From: Saprolegnia diclina VS20
Lineage: Eukaryota
Assembly (NCBI RefSeq): GCF_000281045.1
Contig: NW_008246095.1
Coordinates: 361,087-406,727 of the forward strand
Direction of reading: 5' to 3'
DNA length: 45,641 nt
Shown in pieces: positions 10,601 to 22,315 of the stretch (position 1 is the first letter of the stretch; each line of letters opens with the position of its first letter). The position numbers and the translations under genes are program-made. A model generated the notes under the pieces. That model worked only from the letters and a program-made list of their open reading frames with translations. It did not search any database and was not told the DNA's origin.

Positions 10601-13600
10601 GGACGATGAGCTTGTTTTTCTGCTCTTCCAAGTCGGGTCGTTCTTGCGCAACGACGATTCCGAGCAACTGGTCCTCGAGCCCTTGCGGCGTGATCATAAA
10701 GTTGAGCAGCGTCACTTTGACCGACACTTCGGGCAAGTAATGCGGGTTCCGGAGCTTGGTCGTGAGGTAGAACCGAAAGCTCTCGCTGTACTCAATGTTG
10801 GCATCGCCGAGCCGAATGAAGAGTGTGCCACCTTGCTTGAACGTCTGCTTGAGCAACAACGGTTCCAAGCTCGGGTCCAATTCTTCGCCAATATTTTCCA
10901 AGAGCACGGGGCGGCCAAACTGCACCGCGTTCTCGAGCGTCCGGAGGTAGTCGCCGTCCGTGAGCTTGATGACGTTGAGCCCATGCTCGGTCTCCATGTT
11001 GCGAATCCACTTGTTGGCTTGGCCTTGTGGGTCGATCATGAGCGGCCACCGGCGCGCGTTAAAGACTACGATGCCATTGTCGATGCTAAACATGTCGGTC
11101 GGGAGGCCATCAATGTTCCACTTGCGGATCTGAACCGGGTCGCCGAGCGTCCCCGAAAGCGACGGCAGGTCCGAGCACGGAATCGCGAGCTCCTTGCAGC
11201 GGGCGACCCACGCCGAGACCGCCTGTGCCCGGTACACGGACGTAAATGGCCCTACATTGCTCAAATTTGAGTCACGCGAGTACATAGGCGTAGCAAATAC
11301 CGAGGTAGGCGACAATGCCTGCGGAAATGAGCGCGTCGCCCGTGAGCTTGGTGTACTGCAGCGTCAATTGGGCGCTAAACTCTTTCCAGCGGATCTTTTC
11401 CCCGCCAAGGCTTTCGATGAGCGTCGCCGCGCGCACGAGCTTCTTCCCCGTGAGCTCGATCTGGCTTTCCAAGCTTTGCTTGGAGGTGGTGGCGTCTTGG
11501 AACGATCGCTGAAGACTTGCGAGCCCGTCTTCAACCTCCTTCAAGCGCGCGAGCTTCTCGTTGAGACTCTCGAGCGTCTCTTGCAGCAGCTTCTCGGCCA
11601 CCGCGAGGGCTTCGCGCTTGGGCGCGACGATCTACACCGCATTTTATTAGTTGATAACAAATTCAAGGTAAATAAGAAATGGTACCTTGCTCACGTTGTC
11701 GTACAGCGCCATCGAATGCACCCATTTACAAAGCCCAGCGGCGGCCTTGGACGCTTTTTCGGCCTTTTCGGGACTAAAATTCTCGTCGGCAATGTATTTG
11801 GAGACGACGACCTACGACAGACAAAATTGTACCTCTGTCGCCGAGACACTATATACCTTCATGATTTTTGGGTCGAGGTTGTCTTTGTCGAATTTTTTGA
11901 GCTGCTGGATGAATGTCGGATCGCTCAGCATCTTTTGGGACGGGCCCCAAAAGTCCATGATGCGCTTGCTCGGGTCCGCGGGGTCGGGAATGCGCGCGGG
12001 CTTGATGCCAAGCATGACGCACACGCCTTCGCACACGAGCTTGACGCCAGCCGGCGGGTTGGCCATGGCTTTGACTTCGTTGATTTCGGACGCTTTGATC
12101 GTGTCGAGGGCCTTGAGAGCCTCTTCGAGCGCGGGCACAGCCTCGGCCAAGTCGGCCTCAACGCTAGCTTTTTGGACCTCGCACTGCGCTTTGGACGCAT
12201 CGGCGACCGCCACGTCGGCTTGGACTTCGGCGCGCGTCTTCTCGACGCCCGGTAACTTGGCTTGGATTTCCTCCATGAGCGCCTACACCCAGGTTGCAAC
12301 ATAATCACCACCCAAGAGAGGAAGCTCTTGGGTTTGTACCGCTGTTTCTTTTGTCGACCGATCGAGAATTGGCTGCATGTCGACGAGCTCCTTGCGCATG
12401 ACACTCACGTTGGCTTCGGCAAACTGAATTTTTTCCAAGCCGACTTCGTACCGGAGCTTGGCCTTCATGACGCTCTCGCGTCGCTGCCCGAGAAAGGTCT
12501 TGAAGGCCACGATGAGCTCGAGGTACGACGTCGGCGTCACGTAGTTTTGCCGGCGGAGGCACTGGAGGTACGTATCGCTCAGACTCTCGACTTGGACGTG
12601 AAAGTACTGGCACGTGTCGACGATGCCGCGGCGTGTCGCGTCCGACTCCATTTGCACGTCGCGCAGAAACTTCTCGGCGACCGCGACGAGCGCGTCAGCG
12701 GGCCACGCCGTGAACCAATCGATCGTGCAGCAGTTGATCATGGACGGAAACTTCCGGAGCCGGTCGCGGAACGCGTCACCGATCGGCGAGCACGCGAGCA
12801 CGATATGGAGCTGCTGGCGCACGCGCTGCACAAAGAACGCGTAGAGCTGGGCGGGCGTCATGTCGCCGGCGATTTTCCCAAATTTCTCCTTGGCGTGAAT
12901 CCGCACGCCTTCGCAGAGCCCGACGCGCTCGTCGTACGGAAACAAATTTGGGATTTCGCCCGAGTTGAGCATGTTGTTGATGTCCTCGACAAACGCCTCG
13001 TACTTGATTTGCGTGTCGCTAAAGAGAAACACGAGCGGCCGCGCGCCAATGCCCGCGGTCTTGAGCACATACTTCATGTCTTCGCGCCACTCGGTCATCG
13101 TGTAGTTTTTCGCAATCTCAATCTGCTTGACTTCATAGTCCATGATAAACGCCGCAAGGCGCGTGAGGCTTTGTCGGCCACTGCCACCGACGCCCACGAG
13201 CAGCGCATTGCCGCGGGGCATCTTGAGGACGCGCGCAATGCGCGAGAGGTGCTCGATCGCAAACAAAAACATGACCAAATTCATCGGCTTGCGCGACACA
13301 GCGTTGAACTCGGCAAGGTACTGGTCCAAGCACGCAATGAGCTGGGCAATGCCGTCGACGTCACCGGTCGAGTGGACGTCGATCTCCTTGTAGAGACGCG
13401 GGGATGCGTCGGGGTCGCGATAATCCCCAAAGAAGAGGTTGCGCATGTCGTGGGGCATCACGATGCCATCGCGGCCGCGCTTGAGCGGCGCAAATACCTA
13501 GTATTATGGATAGAATAAGCTCGACGACATCAAATTTGTGATCGCGGACTTTGTCAAAGTTGGTGTTGAAGTGCTTGGCGACCATTTTGCGCTGGAAGTC

Positions 13601-16600
13601 GCAAAACCACGTGCGGCCTTCGTCGTCAATGAGCCGATCGCCAATGACACGCAGCGACTCGTGGACCCATAGCTTGACGAGGCTCGTCGTGTTAAAGTCG
13701 TCGGCCGCCGTCACGAGCATGATGCCTTGAATAATGCGCGAAAAATCCCGTAAATTGAACGTATAATGCGACTTTTTTGGCGTCGGAAGGAGCACCTGTA
13801 CACAGTGCCATCAGTGTCCTGGGGAGTTGCGACGCGGCGTACCTTCATGGCGTTTTGGTACGTCTCGAGCGTCGCATTAACCACGGCGTCGGCGAGCTTG
13901 CGGATTTCCGAAATGAACGGATTGCTCGTAAAGTACCAGTTGACAATCGTGGAAAAGATGCGCGCGAGCGTCGCGTCGTCAAACTCGGAGAAGCAGAGTA
14001 CGTTAAAGTGCCGTTGGAAGCGCGGGCTGATCGTGTTGCGGCCACCGCCCGGCGGTCCCATGGCCGTGACGACGATCGTGTCGATGATCTTTTGCCACGC
14101 CATCTCCTTGAGGTCGTACCACCCGCCAGAGTCGACGAGCTGCCGCATGAGCTCGATTGGCGGCTGTGCCCCGTACGTCTCGATCATGGGCATGTTGAGA
14201 TCGTCGACAAACACGATACCATCCTTCCCGACCGGTGGACCGTACACGCCCTTCCGCCGCTTATCGAGCTTGCCGTCAATGATGTTTTGCGTCATATTGG
14301 CCGACGTTTTCGCCGAGAACGAGAGCATGATGACGGAAAAATTGTCGGGGCTGAGGCGCTCGTTCAATATCGCATTGAGGTACGAACTCTTGCCGGTACC
14401 CGTGGGGCCGCACACGAGCACCTTGCGCTTGGACGAGACGAGGAGCTTGACAAGGTTTTCGAGTTGCGCCGTGTAAATCGTGGGGACAACGATCGTGCTG
14501 AACGGCGAGTTGGGCGGAATGACGTACTCTCGCAGCGTGTCTTCCCAACGCACCCACTTGGCGTCGTCCACACTGTAGAGGTAGTCGTGCAGATTGCCTT
14601 TATTTGGGAGCGCAAGCGTGAGCGCATACGTGTCGAACGATGGCTTGGCCCACTTGCGCACTGTGAGCGCGCGGCCGACCACAATGTACTTGGCGTTGAG
14701 CACCCCCATGGACTCCATATAACTGCGCAAGAAATCGCAGAACCGGACGCGGCCCTCCGACGTGGAGGTACACCCGACCGACCAAAGCAAACCGAAGAGG
14801 AAGATGCTCTCGAGGTGCTGTAAACCTTTCTTGGTACCAATGTCGGCCGGCTTGAGCGTAAGCAACTCGGCCTCCAAGATGTGCAGTAAGCTCTGCACGA
14901 GATTCGCGTCGACTGTCGGCGTGAGCTCCACCAGCTCCTTGCGCACAAACGCAATGCACGGATCGACGAGCCACGCGCAGAGCGTTCGGATGGTGCTGCG
15001 CTGGTCGTCGGTCAAGACGAGGTGGAGCTTGGGGTCGGCGTCCGGTGGCAGCACCACGCTACGATCCAGCCACGAGTCGACGAGCGGCTGCCACCCGAGC
15101 TGCTCGGGCTCCATGTAGATCATGCCGCAGCGCGAGACAGTGGCAGGCGATGCGACGAGAAGGTCCATGGGCTCAAACATCATGCTCATGACGGGGCTCA
15201 TCGCAATGATCTCGCCGCTCATCAAGCACAATTTGCGGTTGTCGTCGAGGACCGTATTCATGTTTTCGATCCACACCGCGTCGACGGGGCCGTCAAAGAG
15301 GAGCCACTTGCGGTCCGGCGTCGGACTCGTGGCCAGATTGCGGTAGTTGATGGCGAGGACACCGTCGGTCCACTCGTGCGAGACGTCGTCAAACTGCCCG
15401 TAGAGCTGGCCCATCGTGATCGACTTGGGGTTGATGACGGCCACGACCACGGGCGTGTACCTACATGCAAGGAATGTTACCTAATGTGCTCGACAAGTCC
15501 CGTACCGTGTATCTTCAGGAAATTGATTGTGGAGGCGCTCCAAAACGTCAGCGAGCACCTTCCACGAACTCGACTTGCCCGAGAAGGGCATGCCCACGAC
15601 CATAAAGCCGTGCCGGACAATCATCATTTCGTAAATCTGAATGACCTTTTCGATGAAGTTGGGCACGGGCTGGAGCTCCATGGCTTTGCACGCGTCGTTG
15701 ATCGCACGTAGCATGTCGGTGCGGTCGGGCGGGTCCACGACGACGCCCGGGAAGAGGTCCGAGACAATGCCGTTGAAGAGCGGGACGTCAGGGCTCAGGA
15801 ATTTCGGCAAGTTGACGTCAATGATGGAGCGCAAGACGAGTGTGTCTTCCTGAAGGTGGCCCTCGCTTCGCTTGAGGTTGCCTGCAGCTCGCAGCACGGC
15901 CATGACTGCCCGCATGCCGTAGTCGTAGTGCGATTGCGAAGAGAGCTGTTCCGAGCAAAGGGTATACGTGGTCGTAATCTTCTTGGAGAGTGCATTCGCC
16001 TCCATGTAGCCGTACGAATAGAGCATAATCTCTGCAATCATAGCGTAGTCGGGCACCATCATGGCCACGGTGCGGAAGAGCACCTTGAGGTTGTCGGGCA
16101 GCTCAGCGCGCCCCGCATACCCTACCCGATGGTGTTGGCTACGATATGGAGATGGCGAGATGTGTACCAGGGTTCATCGTAATGAACGGGCAGCACGTGG
16201 GGTTGAGCGAAAGGAGGGTGCCCTCAAACATAAAGGTCGCTGCGTTTTGCGCCTTGGCGATCTGGATGCAGAGAATCTGCTGGGCAATCACACTGAGCAC
16301 TTCGAGCTGGATGCGGTTGAACTCATCAAAGCACGCCCACGCGCCGCTGGACGCGAGACCCTTGAAGAACTTGCCCATCGCGAGGTAGTCGAGACCGTCG
16401 GAGCAGTTGGTCACCACGCACTGGATCGCAATGGCTTTGCCGAGATCCTTGGTCGTCTCGGTCTTGCCCGTGCCGGCTGGCCCTTCCGGCGCCCCCCCGA
16501 GGTTCAAATGAATAGCCCCCATGAGCGTGCGGTAGCAACGATCGGTCAGCGGCGTAATGACGAGCCGCATCGAGTTGCCGAGGTACTCGAACGCGTACAG

Positions 16601-19600
16601 CGCTAACGTATTGATCATACGGCACTGCAGCGTGCCCGGTTTCCCCGTCGCGGCCGATGTTCCGCCCGCCACCCAGTAGTAGCGCAGCTGCGCGAGCCAG
16701 TCAAAGTCGAGCTTGTCCGATGTCTTGAGCGTGACGAGCTCGGCGATGGTGTCGCGGTTGTGCACGTCCATGACGACAAGCGCACCGAGCGTAATGCGCG
16801 TGAGCTTGGGCAGCTGGCCACGCACGAGCTCGACCGTGCGAAGGAGTTCGTCTTTGAGCATCTACGACCCAAGAACATGACGACGTCGCACCCCGCGTAT
16901 AAGCGAACCTGGGAGTGCTGCACGAGAGCATCTTTGGGGCCATCGAGCGCGGCCTCCGTTTGCTGCGTCCACACGGTCTGGTTGATGGCAAGAACGACTT
17001 GACCCGGCCACTCTTGCACCCACGTGAGCCGATCTTTGGTCGCGTAGTCGGCCATGCTCAGATCCACGTGGTACGCGACGCTTTTGCGCATCGTGATTTC
17101 GACCTCCTGGAGCCAAATTTCCACATTGCCGCCCGTCTTGTTGGGGTTGATGGGCGATTGTGAGATCTTGTCGAAGAGGAACGGGACTTTTTCATTTTCG
17201 GGACTCAGCATCGCGGTAATGTCGAGGTTGGGCTGGAACTCGAGGAGGTTGATGCCGTCAAACGCTTTCTTTAGATGGGGCTGGACGCGCAACGGGTCCT
17301 TCGTCTCGGCGAGAATCTCGAGCAGCTCGTCGTTCGAGAGGAAAAAGAACCGCGGAAAGTACAGGCGCTTCGTCTCGAGGTACTCGTTCAGTCCTTTCTG
17401 GATCGTATCGAGGTCGGCGTTGGACTCTTGGAGCGTCTCGAGCAAGCCTTGGCGCAGTGCGACTTTGGTGGCTTCTGGCTCGAGAATGGTTTCTTCCATA
17501 TTGTGCCGCCACGTGGCGTCGACGCGCTTGAAGAGCATGCCCTCGGTGGGCATTTGCCGCATGATGTCGTCGCTGCTAAAGATCGGCTCGAGGTACAGCC
17601 ACGTCGCTTGGACCTTGAGCCACTGGTCGGTAATGTCTTGTACCGCCACGAGCGTTTTCTCCCAGCGCCCAATGCGCTCCAAGTACGGCTTGTTGTAGCG
17701 CGAGCCGCGAATCGATTGAATTTTGACCATGTGGTCGTCCAAGAGCTGCTGCATTTCGTCCGTGCCAAAGAGAATCGACGTGCCGGTCGTGCGGTACGGC
17801 TTGGTGTGGAACTCGATGCCTTCCCACTCGTGCTCCATCTTGTCGAGCGCTTGCTCGAGCGAGTATTCTTTGGCCGCGCCGACACAAATGTCTTCGATTT
17901 GCGCGGTGAACTTGTGCAGCCCCGCGTCCAGCATGTGGCTCAACGTCATGTCGCCGCCTGGCGTCTGCAAGTCGAGTTTCGTGATGGCCTCGATCTCGGA
18001 CCAGTGCCGCGCACAGAGCGCCGGCGTGCAAATCAGGTGCATGAGCGGCACGTGGGCATCGAGCATTTCATCGAGCATCTTCTTGGCCGCGCGTGCGACT
18101 TCGGTCGGCGCTTCTAAGCTCTCGCCAATCTAGCCGTCATGCGCTGAATAGTCTTTAATACATTTGGTATGGACGCACCTTTTCGCAGTCGCGAATGACC
18201 TTGACGACATTGCGTCGGAACCCGTCGGCTTCGCGCTCGGCGTCTTCGGCGTTGACCATGTAGAGCGGCAGTCCGCGCCACTGGTTGAGCTGCTCGCTGA
18301 ATTGAAACACTAGTCATATCGAGGATGCGCGTGCGTCTCGACGCAAGAGATGTTTACCGGTCGACCAGAGTTTGTCCATGGGGGCGAGCATTTCTTGGAG
18401 CTCCTTGATGCTTGTCTCGTTGTCCGTGAGCTCCATGCCGAGCAGCGTCTCTTGGTCGCGGATCTTGCTGGCTTCGTCGTCGATTTCGGCGATGAGCTTG
18501 TTGATGCCCTCGATGCGCTTGGTGACGTTGGCAGCGTCGGCCATGTTGCCAGCCTCGCGCATCTTTTCGATCTTGCGCTGACACGTCGCAAACGTGCTGA
18601 GCAGGTGTTCTTGGCGAGCTGTCACGACGAGCTCGAGCTCCCGCTTGCGTTCGCGCTGCCGCTCGAGCGACTTGCGCTGAAAGTTGGCGATCGTATCGGG
18701 CCAGCGGTACGTGACATAAAAGAGCTGAATGTCGTCGCGGGACATGGCAAAGTGGTGCTCGGTCAAGAACCGAATCGCTGTGTGCACGTCGTTCACGAGC
18801 TCGTCTTGGAGCGCATTGAGCGACGCCATACTCGACTCGTAGAACGCTTGGAGGCTCTTGAGCTCGACCGAGTCCAACGGGTCGGCCATGAGCGTCTGCA
18901 CAATGGCTTCGTACTGCGCCCCCATCGCATTCATGCGCTTGACGTTCTCGGCCGAGACGCGCGCGAGCAACACGGACGCGCACTCTTTCGCTTTGGCGCG
19001 AAGGCAATCTTTGGCCGTGACGCACGACACGGCGAAGAGCGAGAACGTATACTGGTCGGCAATCTCGGCCAAAATCGCGTCGTCGATCGATCGAAGCGCC
19101 GCGAGCTCGGCCCGGAGCGCCCCCAAGTCGACCGGCTGCTCCAAGAGATGGGCGATATGCCGGTCCGTCGAGCCATTGAGGAGCGTCAGAAACGGTGCGA
19201 AGCGAGCGAGGACGCCTTCGGGCTCACGCAAGTGCCGCTGTAGTGCCTGGCGCACGGCTTTCTTGGCCGAGAGCACGAAGGGATCGCCCGTGCCGAGCGT
19301 GCACGGCCCGAGCGACGCCTTGTTGCGGATGCGCACCGGCACACTCGTGTGCGAATCGATGCGCGGAAAGATCGCGACCGCGTCCACGAGCATGCCGACG
19401 CAGTGCAGGAGCGTCATCTCCATCGCGTCGGCCGGCGGGTCGAGCGCAAACCCGGCGCTGGGGGCGTCAAAGCACTGCACGGCGAGGACGAGCGCAGCCT
19501 CGCCGTCGAGCGCAGGCGTCGAAAATTGCTCGAAAAAGGCTTGAAACGCGAGCACGGAGGCGTCGACGGTCTCGCGCAGCTGGCGCGACATGAGCACCGA

Positions 19601-21507
19601 CGCAGCGTTCAACACGCCAATGTGGTGGTTGAAGCGAAAGAGGTCGTCTTCGACCAACGTGTCGGCCGAGGTCTTTGGCGCGGCCGCGTGGCGAGCGTCA
19701 AGTCCCTCGAGCGCCACGCGGTTCGCAAACAGCTTGGCCGCGCTGCCATTGGTACCGGCGTGCTATGCAGCAGACAAGACATGGAATCGTTGCGGAGCGA
19801 GAGGAAACATACCAATGGTTCGGGCAGCGGGAGGTCGCCGCGCGGATCGCGCACCGGCGCATCCGGCGCAAGCGGCAAGAACGCATCGACCTTCATAGCG
19901 CTGGCAGGAATCCAGTACGTCCGGAGGCACTCCTTGACCGCGTCGACGCGGCGGCTAATGTGATCGACAAAATTGGGCACCGTGCGCGGCAACGACGACC
20001 GAAACCCGGGTGTCAACACGTCCGTAAAGAGAAGCTCGTGGTACGGAACGAACGGGTTGTCTCGAATCTAGACGCGAGGCGTTAGCATGTATATTGTGCG
20101 CTCTCGCTGTACCTCCCAGTCGGGTGGCGGGCCTTCGTGCAGCCATTGCGCTTGGAGCGCGAGCATGGCCGGGTCGGCCGTGTGCAAAAACACCTCAATG
20201 TACTCGGCGCTGTCGCGGATCACGGTCGCGTCGACGCCTGTCTCCCGAAGGACTCTCCATTGAAACGACTGGTACGTCTCGTCGCTCCACCACTTGGGCG
20301 TCGCGTGGAGGTAGGCCGGCACGATGCCGAGCCGCGCCGCGTTTGTGTCTTCCAAAAGGTCGTACTGCAGCATTGCGCGCGCGATCGCCGTGTTGTATGA
20401 CGCATACACCGCGTCAAACATCTCGGTCAAGAGGTGTTCGCACGTGGCTGTGTTCTGCGCTAAAAGGGCCTTGTCGTGCCGGAACGGCGGCGCGGGGAGC
20501 TGCAGTCGCTGTAAAATCTCGACCGGAATCGCATCCGCCATGGGCGGACACCCGCGCGCGATGTACGCCTCGACCGCGCGCCAGTAGTTGGTGGTCGAAG
20601 CTTCATACGCGGCCGAGTCGAGCTCCAGCGTCCGGGACGTCAGCGGCTTGAGGACCATGGGCGCCAAGCGCCGTGCCACCGGCGCCACCGGGCTGCCAAC
20701 GTTGAGGACAATCTTGTTCTTCTTGGGTGGACTCTTAGTCGGCGACGGCTTCTTAAAAAGGTGCGTCGGGTTTTCCGCCAAGTGGCGCTGGAAGGCGCGG
20801 GACCCGGACGGATAGAGAGACACGTTGGCCTTGACATCGGCCGATGGGAGCTGCGTAAAGGGCGATTTGGGCGGCGGCGACGGCGAGAGCTCGTCCGACT
20901 TGGTCAGTTGCGCCAACGACCGCTCGAGCGCCGGCGCCACAGCCACGTACTCGATCGCCTTTTTCTTGGGGCTAAACCCAGGGCGCAAGTCCTTGGGCTT
21001 TTCACGGACCATGACGGGCATGCTGAGCGCGACGCGAGCAACGTCGTCCTTGGTGAGCTTCCGCGTCGTCATGGTGTAGTTGGAGCCAATACGATCGCTG
21101 AGCGTCGAGTACATGCGCTCTTCGGGCGACTCGATTGCGTCGGCCGACGTCGGAGGCGTCACGGCGGGTAACACGAGACGCCCGGACGACGAGTCGGGGC
21201 GACGCGGGCCCTGGAGCGAGCCCAGCGGCCCCAGCGACGCCTTGAGGTCAGCGATGTGGGCGTCCGTGTTCTTCTTGTGCTTCTTCGTGCCGCCTTCGAG
21301 CGTGCTGAGCTGGCTCTGCCGCGTCAAGATCGAGCTCTGGAGGATGTCGAGCCGCGCTTTTCGGATGGGACTGCGCCGCGCGTCGGCCGACGGCGCGGCC
21401 GCCATGGACTCGTTCACGGAGCCGCGGGAGAGCGCTTGGAAGCGGTCGAGGTCGCTCCAGGGCTCAGAGACCGGCGCCCCATCGGAGCTCTCGGGCGACT
21501 TGCTCAT
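7683..21507 (-). CDS. Axonemal dynein heavy chain, single-headed inner-arm type (DNAH3/DNAH7/DNAH12-like); more than a dozen short introns
   Basis: Linker [19 protein letters not shown]1 [25 protein letters not shown]2 [11 protein letters not shown]3 [11 protein letters not shown]4 GVGGSGRQS; stalk/MTBD; AAA5 [15 protein letters not shown]6 [10 protein letters not shown]-terminus [30 protein letters not shown]. Start taken at MSKSPESS (21507). Confidence 0.95.
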
Positions 21508-21596
21508 GCGATTCCCCGCGAAGTCGGAAGAGGCGCAAGTAGAAAGGTCGCACTGGTGGTTTCGACCGACGCATGGATCGTGCAAACCCTCGTGCG

Positions 21597-21681
21597 ATTG
21601 GTGAAAACGGTCGTCATTTCAGCCAATCCAAGCAATGCATTCCAAGATCGCGTCCGACGACCCCACAGGATTTGCACCAAT
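21597..21681. promoter_or_regulatory. CCAAT boxes upstream of the dynein gene
   Basis: ATTGG 21597-21601, CCAAT 21623-21627, CCAAT 21677-21681. Confidence 0.55.
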
Positions 21682-22315
21682 CACACGGCACCGACGGGGA
21701 CGTTAGCGTTGGCTTTTGCGGACTAGTAGTATTATTTCCCTCCTTTGTACTGGTACTCAGCCATAAGTCCATGTACTCAACATACTCTTGCTCTTGTTGG
21801 ACAATCAGAAGAGTTGTCGGGCGCGCTGCAGTCCAAAAAACGATCATTTTTCATCGAGCTGATGCAAGGATCGGGCGAGCTCCCTTGCTCGCACCGCGAG
21901 TAGATAGATACTCTGTCGTAATTGTCTGTTTCAAAGCAGTTGTCACATAGTCCGTCGTCAAGGACCATGGTCCCACTTGAAGCCTCGATGGCCTGGAGTT
22001 GATACTCTTGCCTTCCCGAGATAAAAACCCCGCGACAATGGATTGTGTAGTTAGACAATCGGATAGTACCGGTAGATTGTTGACGAGCATTGCTCAAGTG
22101 ACGTCGTCCAGGCACCTCTCTTGCGCCCCGACGACTCGATGTGTTCTTCCATGAAGGGCACGTGAAATGACACGCACCCCAGTCGTAGTAGGTTTTAGAA
22201 CACTTTGCGATCGCACGATGCCATCCAAAATTAACCGTGCGTTCTCTCAAAGTGGTGTCAAAACAGCCTCGGTTACGTCTCAAGTTATATTAAGCGGCGT
22301 CGGGCCAAGACGACA

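Noticed and set aside
12310..12333. 9-bp stem (ACCCAAGAG/CTCTTGGGT) within a dynein intron
   Set aside because: Too short and isolated to distinguish from chance.
10131..13518. Several 350-420 aa + strand ORFs opposite the dynein gene
   Set aside because: Antisense shadows; the minus strand carries all the dynein motifs.
7683..21507. Dynein split into many ORFs, suggesting a pseudogene or several genes
   Set aside because: The breaks I checked coincide with short GT..AG introns, and domain order is complete and collinear.
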